A stretch of DNA of 63,480 nucleotides, the filler included, from Sphacelaria rigidula (taxonomy: Eukaryota), in assembly GCA_964200075.2 (NCBI GenBank). It is 7 parts of 7 records of this genome, joined end to end, with 100 filler letters (N's around TTAATTAATTAA, not from the genome) between each part and the next. Parts side by side here need not be neighbours in the genome. Positions count along the whole stretch, not along the records: positions 54,501 to 63,480 come from CAXNAA020009593.1; 6 more parts are not named here. One strand, 5' to 3'. The notes beneath the pieces are model-generated. The model was not told the DNA's origin. It ran no database searches and saw only the letters and a program-made list of their open reading frames with translations. The position numbers were made by a program, and so were the translations under genes. Shown here piece by piece: positions 61,249-63,480 of the stretch; position 1 is the stretch's first letter, and each line of letters starts with the position of its first letter.

Positions 61249-62647
61249 CTGATTGACCGTCGAACGCTGCGACCGAAATCAACGATGGGCAAGGTAGAGA
61301 CGGCCGGCGGCATCGACCATGGATAGTCAGTTTGGGATACGGAGGAGGGGCGGTGGTTGGAATCAGCGCTCAGACAGGGGTCTCAAAACCACGATGTGCA
61401 GTTGTTCCCCAAACCACATGTCCCCCGGGCATCGCGATGTGGACGTGCCCATCAACGGACCCGAAAAATATTGTTTTTTTTACGAAGTGCGGTAAAGCGG
61501 GAGGAAAAAAAACTCGATACCACGCAGTAAAACAAAACTACATCTCCAAGGGTGCACGAGAAAAAAAGAACCGCATACCTATGTCCCATTTTTTTATTTT
61601 GACCTCAGGGGGGTAGGGGAGGGGGGGGGCGTACTCGTTTGTTGCTTGTTTTAGTCGTTTGAGCATTGACCACGCAATTTTTTCGAGACGCAGCACCGTT
61701 CCTACTCCTCATAGAGACACCTTCAACATTTTTGCGCTCGTTACGTTTCTTCAAAAGCTCACTACGTCTTTTCCATGTATTACACAAAACCTTTTACGTA
61801 TCTTACCCCAGTTCTGTTTCGCCGTCTCTGGCCACCATCCATTTCCTAGAATAGAGATCGTCTTCTCCCTACTGTCTAGTGCATCAAACGATTGTATACC
61901 ACCTTTGTTCACGTCCCGGATTTCCCCCTCTAGCACGTCCCGTTCCGTCCTGTTCGGGTAGGGGGGGGAGGGGTTCACAGGTGTGCAGTTTATTTTTTCT
62001 CTCGTGCACCCCCGTCATCCCTTCAAATCATGAGACACTCGCGTACATATCAGGACGCAAACGGCGGCAAAAGGCGAGGGAAAAGAGGACTACGGGATCA
62101 CAGTGTCTTTATCGCCCCCCATGCAGTGCTGTTCTCACCTCCAGCTTATAGTCGAAAGTCTGTGAAGCACCCGTCATGATCGTTTCGGTCGTGTCTCCCG
62201 GACCCCGAACCAGCAATCCTCCCGGCGTAGTGTCCGTGGGCAGCGAGGATGGGAGCAGTATCGGCCCCACGTGCACCTCGCCGCTGATATCATACTGCCG
62301 GCAAAGGTGACGCATGAGCACACGCGAGGTCGGGGTCATTGGTGTAAGCTACATCTGGCACACCACATGGGCACCTTCCCCCCTTGATTAGACGATTAAT
62401 ACGATATGCAGATCACGGCCCAACTCGTCTGTGTTGATGAGATATTACTTTTAGAGCTTAAATCCGTTTTTAGGCTGGCCCAGCTCGTACAGCGGCAGTG
62501 TCGGCGGTTGGGCTCGGGATTGATTCAGTCATATATCCCGCACCATTTGCGGTTGACCGTTTCACAATATCCTCCGACCTACTCGAGCACGCCACTCAGG
62601 CCGCTTCTCACCAGCTCGGCCAGCCCAGAGGCGGATTTGAAGTTTGC

Positions 62648-62907
62648 AGGCCCATGCTCCCGCCAATATCTAGAGTTGGACCCTGAAATTTGGTGTTTGC
62701 AATGAATAGGGCATGAAAACAAAATGACCACGGTACCATTTTTTTTCATGAGTTGAAGGCATTTTACTGATACCTGGAAACTGATTATTGCCCTGGACTG
62801 TAAAAAAAAAGCTCTTTTAGTACCGAGGTGATTTGGTTTCGTGCCTCATTCATTGCGCATACCAAATTTCAGGGTCCAACACTAGATATTGGCGGGAGCA
62901 TGGGCCT
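62648..62907. mobile_element. ~260-bp MITE-like unit with ~60-bp inverted arms
   Basis: aggcccatgctcccgccaatatctagagttggaccctgaaatttggt ... accaaatttcagggtccaacactagatattggcgggagcatgggcct. Related arms lie at 50410-50465 and 35844-36037. Confidence 0.8.
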
Positions 62908-63425
62908 TGAGAAACCGGGTCGGTAGAAATTCGGAACAGTATTCCGAAGGCCACTCACCGGCCGACGTTTGGTTTTCGTGTCTTGAAATGTTGCGTGGGC
63001 GCTCTCCAAGGCAAAATCAACAGAACAACGCAGGGTAGTTTCTAATCATGTTTTTCACTGGTTTAGGGCGTTCTAGTATGGTGAAGACCATTTCTTCACG
63101 AGAACAGCCTAACCTCTTTTTAAAAAATGAAGACCTACTTGTTTTTTTGTTCGCAACACGTTTGTGGTTCTCCATGCTAAGTTTCAAATCACAATTCTAA
63201 AAATTGAGCAAATACATCGAGAAAAGGCCTAAGAGCAACGTTCGTTTCTCCCCAAAACTCCACTAAAAGCACGAAAAAGACGCAAAAATGAAGGTAGAAA
63301 GCTCTTTTGAATTTCTCCCATGCCTGAAGTCGTCGAGAGAGAGCGGGCAAGGAGCAGAGGCAGATATTTTACGCAGCCCGCAAAGCCCACCAGACTTTTC
63401 GGCTTTTGTCAGTGTTCATTGATCA

Positions 63426-63480
63426 GAGTCATCCTACGATAGGGGGGGGGGTATTTGGTTGCACGAAAAAAGGGGCTCAT
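63426..63480 (+). mobile_element. Terminus of the CTACGATAG-family TIR element
   Basis: gagtcatcctacgatag(g)n tatttggttgcacgaaaaaa matches the 20902 MITE TIR and the sequence at 54556-54595. Confidence 0.75.

Noticed and set aside
60553..61326. Selenoprotein or TGA read-through on + strand
   Set aside because: It is likely the antisense shadow of the stop-free minus ORF. No SECIS or redox motif was identified.

Overview
This is eukaryotic, repeat-rich genomic DNA. The intron style, FNIP-repeat gene, TTAGGG motif and repeat landscape suggest a brown alga or related stramenopile (inference only). The window is not one locus. It is seven contigs of non-increasing length (8985, 8985, 8985, 8983, 8981, 8981, 8980 bp) joined by identical 100-bp N44-TTAATTAATTAA-N44 linkers, so adjacency across linkers has no meaning. 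Contig 1 holds the first two exons of a WDR90/CFAP20-domain gene. Contig 2 holds a head-to-head pair: a NOC2-like gene (partial) and a 4-exon SMYD-type SET/MYND gene. Contig 3 holds two tandem decayed Ty1/copia copies sharing one 144-bp LTR, with a MITE inserted in the integrase region. Contig 4 holds a decayed Ty3/gypsy element and a ~25-unit FNIP-repeat ORF with a hypervariable residue patch in each repeat. Contig 5 holds two exons of an unknown Q/P-rich gene. Contig 6 holds LINE and TIR relics. Contig 7 holds a decayed chromodomain-type gypsy element, an orphan ORF and MITEs. No tRNA, rRNA or CRISPR locus is supported. The best novelty candidates are the FNIP array, the GAG..CTACGATAG-ended TIR family with a 4-bp TSD, and the copia lacking a canonical PBS. 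None is proven novel from sequence alone.
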